From the NCBI RefSeq assembly GCF_000150275.1, contig NW_002060944.1, forward strand, positions 8,518,159-8,582,158: a stretch of 64,000 nucleotides of DNA. Reading direction: 5' to 3'. The notes under the pieces were generated by a model that was not told the origin of the DNA, made no database searches, and worked only from the letters and a program-made list of their open reading frames with translations. Position 1 is the stretch's first letter, and every line of letters begins with the position of its first letter. The position numbers were made by a program, and so were the translations under genes. Origin of the DNA: Trichoplax adhaerens. Taxonomy: Eukaryota; Animalia; Placozoa. This document shows, piece after piece, positions 61,931-64,000 of this stretch.

Positions 61931-62191
61931 TTCCTGATTCAAGATTGATATACTGGTGTTCAAGAAGAATAGAAGAAGGTATTACTTAATATAGGTTCAA
62001 CTTTCTTCCTTAGCTATATCAAAAGTTCTAAAGTTTCTATGGGTTGCCAAGCGTAGTTTCTGTACTCTACCTACTAAAATTCCAGCGGTTTACCACGGTA
62101 TATTGATGTATCATACAGTACTACCCAGGCTATAGTTACTTCTATTAAAATAAGGCCAATTACGGACTGCCGAATGATCTTTTAAGTAGGC

Positions 62192-62227
62192 CCTAGTAAC
62201 GCATGCGCATGCGATTGCCATGGCAAT
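62192..62227. promoter_or_regulatory. Bidirectional promoter core: NRF1-type palindrome abutting an RFX X-box
   Basis: cgcatgcgcatgcg (62200-62213) is followed directly by the palindrome attgccatggcaat (62214-62227), lying between divergent ATGs at 61930 (-) and 62306 (+). Confidence 0.7.
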
Positions 62228-62305
62228 ATCACTCATCGAATTCATTGCGAGTGATATATTTATATTCAATATAAACTTTCTGATCATGATTAACTCTAAA
62301 ATAAG

Positions 62306-63943
62306 ATGAAGTCCAACAAGTCCCCACGTACGTTGCCATCTAAAGAGAAGGTAATTTATCTATCTTTATTTTAGATTAAGATATTCGACTCCGTACCCAT
62401 CAGTAGCAGCTGGGAATAGATTAACAAAGGAAAGCATAATTTAATGTTAATATTTCACTTCATGAAATGTCGGTCTTTGGCATAGCAATCGCTCAGCTAT
62501 ACGTTGTCTACTATTGATTGCTAATACATACGTGTGCCAGAATACGCTGTAATAAGTAGTCGTTAGAAGATTTTAATAGGATTACATTATTTATTTATTG
62601 CAGCTTTAAATTGGACTATATTCATGATCTTCAGATACGCCGTTCAAATCAGTTGTTCCTATAATTTCTTACTGCTATATAGCTAAGTACTCGTATGAAA
62701 GGATGATTGTAATACCAAAGGGTTGATTAAGCTAAAGACATTAAGATAAGTGCCATAGGGATGTAGAATGTGGCAATTTATCAATCGTTTGATAAGTTTA
62801 CGTTTATTAATTAATAATTATATAACTGATGATCCCTAGTAATCTAAGGGAACAGCTACTGAACTTGTGATATGCTTTACATCGTACTCAAACTAACTGA
62901 TCAATATATAGTAGTAGTTCTGATGATAATGATGACAATTATTAATGAGTGGAGCTACATCGTAGGTAGTAATAAGACAGTCTATCAATTCCTTTCAATC
63001 CAGCTAATGATTCTACCGCTAGGTCGTATGCAGCGTTCGTCTGACCATAGCTAGCATAAGTAGATATAGTTAATGAATATGCTCGTAATCATTCCTGTTA
63101 AAGCTGTAAATTGAACAATAATGTAACTTTATTGTTAATAGAAAGATAACCTTACGTGGACTGCTGTTGCTCTACAAGATCACCTTGTTCGATCATTATC
63201 ATTAAACGATCCCTTGAATAACAGAAAATCTTATGTAAGCCCGAAAAAGTCTACCAGGAAAACAAAGGCGGTTTCTAAGATTGATACCGGGGTTAAAAAA
63301 CCGACACCTAAAAAGACACTAAATACGGCAAGCCATGAGAAGGAATATGTAATCGAATCGAGAAGTAAACCCCTTACTTTAGGTAAATGATTTATTATTA
63401 AAACTATTTTTGTACTGTTAGAAATTTAGTATAATTAAACCATACTCTTTATCATATAATCTGTGCCATTATTGCATCACTATTGCTATTATAACCTATG
63501 TTGCATCCTCACAGATGTAGTCATTATTCACGGCTAAATATAGTAAATATGATCTAGACTTTATCCAAGTTATCTTATCTGTACCTTCACAGCAAGTACA
63601 ACTATAAATTAAGATTTTATTTCATGAGCTAATATTTATAAGTTAGCCCTTATTTTGGATTTTCAAATTAAATTGAACCTTTCATTTTATACTAGCACAA
63701 AAATTTGGAATTATTGATACTCCTAACAAGCCCTTAACGGAAGAAGAATGGGCTAGACTAAAAGACAAATCAAATGAACGACAAGATTCTTCATTACCCT
63801 GTCCAATTTGTCAGGAACACTTTGGAAATCAACAACAGGTAGGTAGCATTTTTTATGTCAGTATTATTCACCTTGTTAACGAATTAAAAATCTTTTATCT
63901 CTTTATTTAGATTTTGCTTTCTTGCTCTCATGTCTTTCATCGG
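62306..63943 (+). CDS. RNF32: RING finger protein 32, 5' part (continues beyond the window); exons 62306-62350, 63142-63382, 63696-63838, 63911-63943
   Basis: Spliced translation MKSNKSPRTLPSKEK|KDNLTWTAVALQDHL...IDTGVKK...EKEYVIESRSKPLTLA|QKFGII...PLTEEEW...PCPICQEHF...QQ|ILLSCSHVFHR follows the recalled RNF32 motifs (AVALQDH, IDTGLKK, EKEYVL, PLTLAQKLG, PCPICKEEF, LLSCSHVFH). Confidence 0.92.
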
Positions 63944-64000
63944 GTAACATAAAAGCATAAATCTTGATATTTATAGACAATTTATAATGTACTACTTGTG

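Overview
AT-rich (roughly one-third GC by eye) animal genomic DNA with many short GT-AG introns. The style suggests an early-branching metazoan such as a placozoan (Trichoplax-like); this is inference, not shown by the sequence. Splicing exons by hand gives six genes: a PEA3/ETV1-4-5 ETS factor (+, 979-5060), cullin-1 (-, 13291-19395, about 22 exons), a two-exon secreted sclerostin/SOSTDC1-family cystine-knot protein (-, 25116-26725), a full-length transmembrane semaphorin-5 (-, 35127-50134, about 23 exons), a small coiled-coil protein resembling BBLN/C9orf16 (-, about 60125-61930) and, head-to-head with it, the 5' part of RNF32 (+, from 62306). The most notable signals are the sclerostin/Wise homologue with an apparently intact NxI LRP5/6-binding motif and its close linkage to a PEA3 gene, which mirrors human ETV4-SOST and ETV1-SOSTDC1. 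Also notable are a Gli-like RRxSD cluster in the ETS protein and an NRF1 + RFX X-box bidirectional promoter. Several local tandem duplications cluster around the CUL1 5' end. No RNA gene, CRISPR array or intact transposon was recognised.
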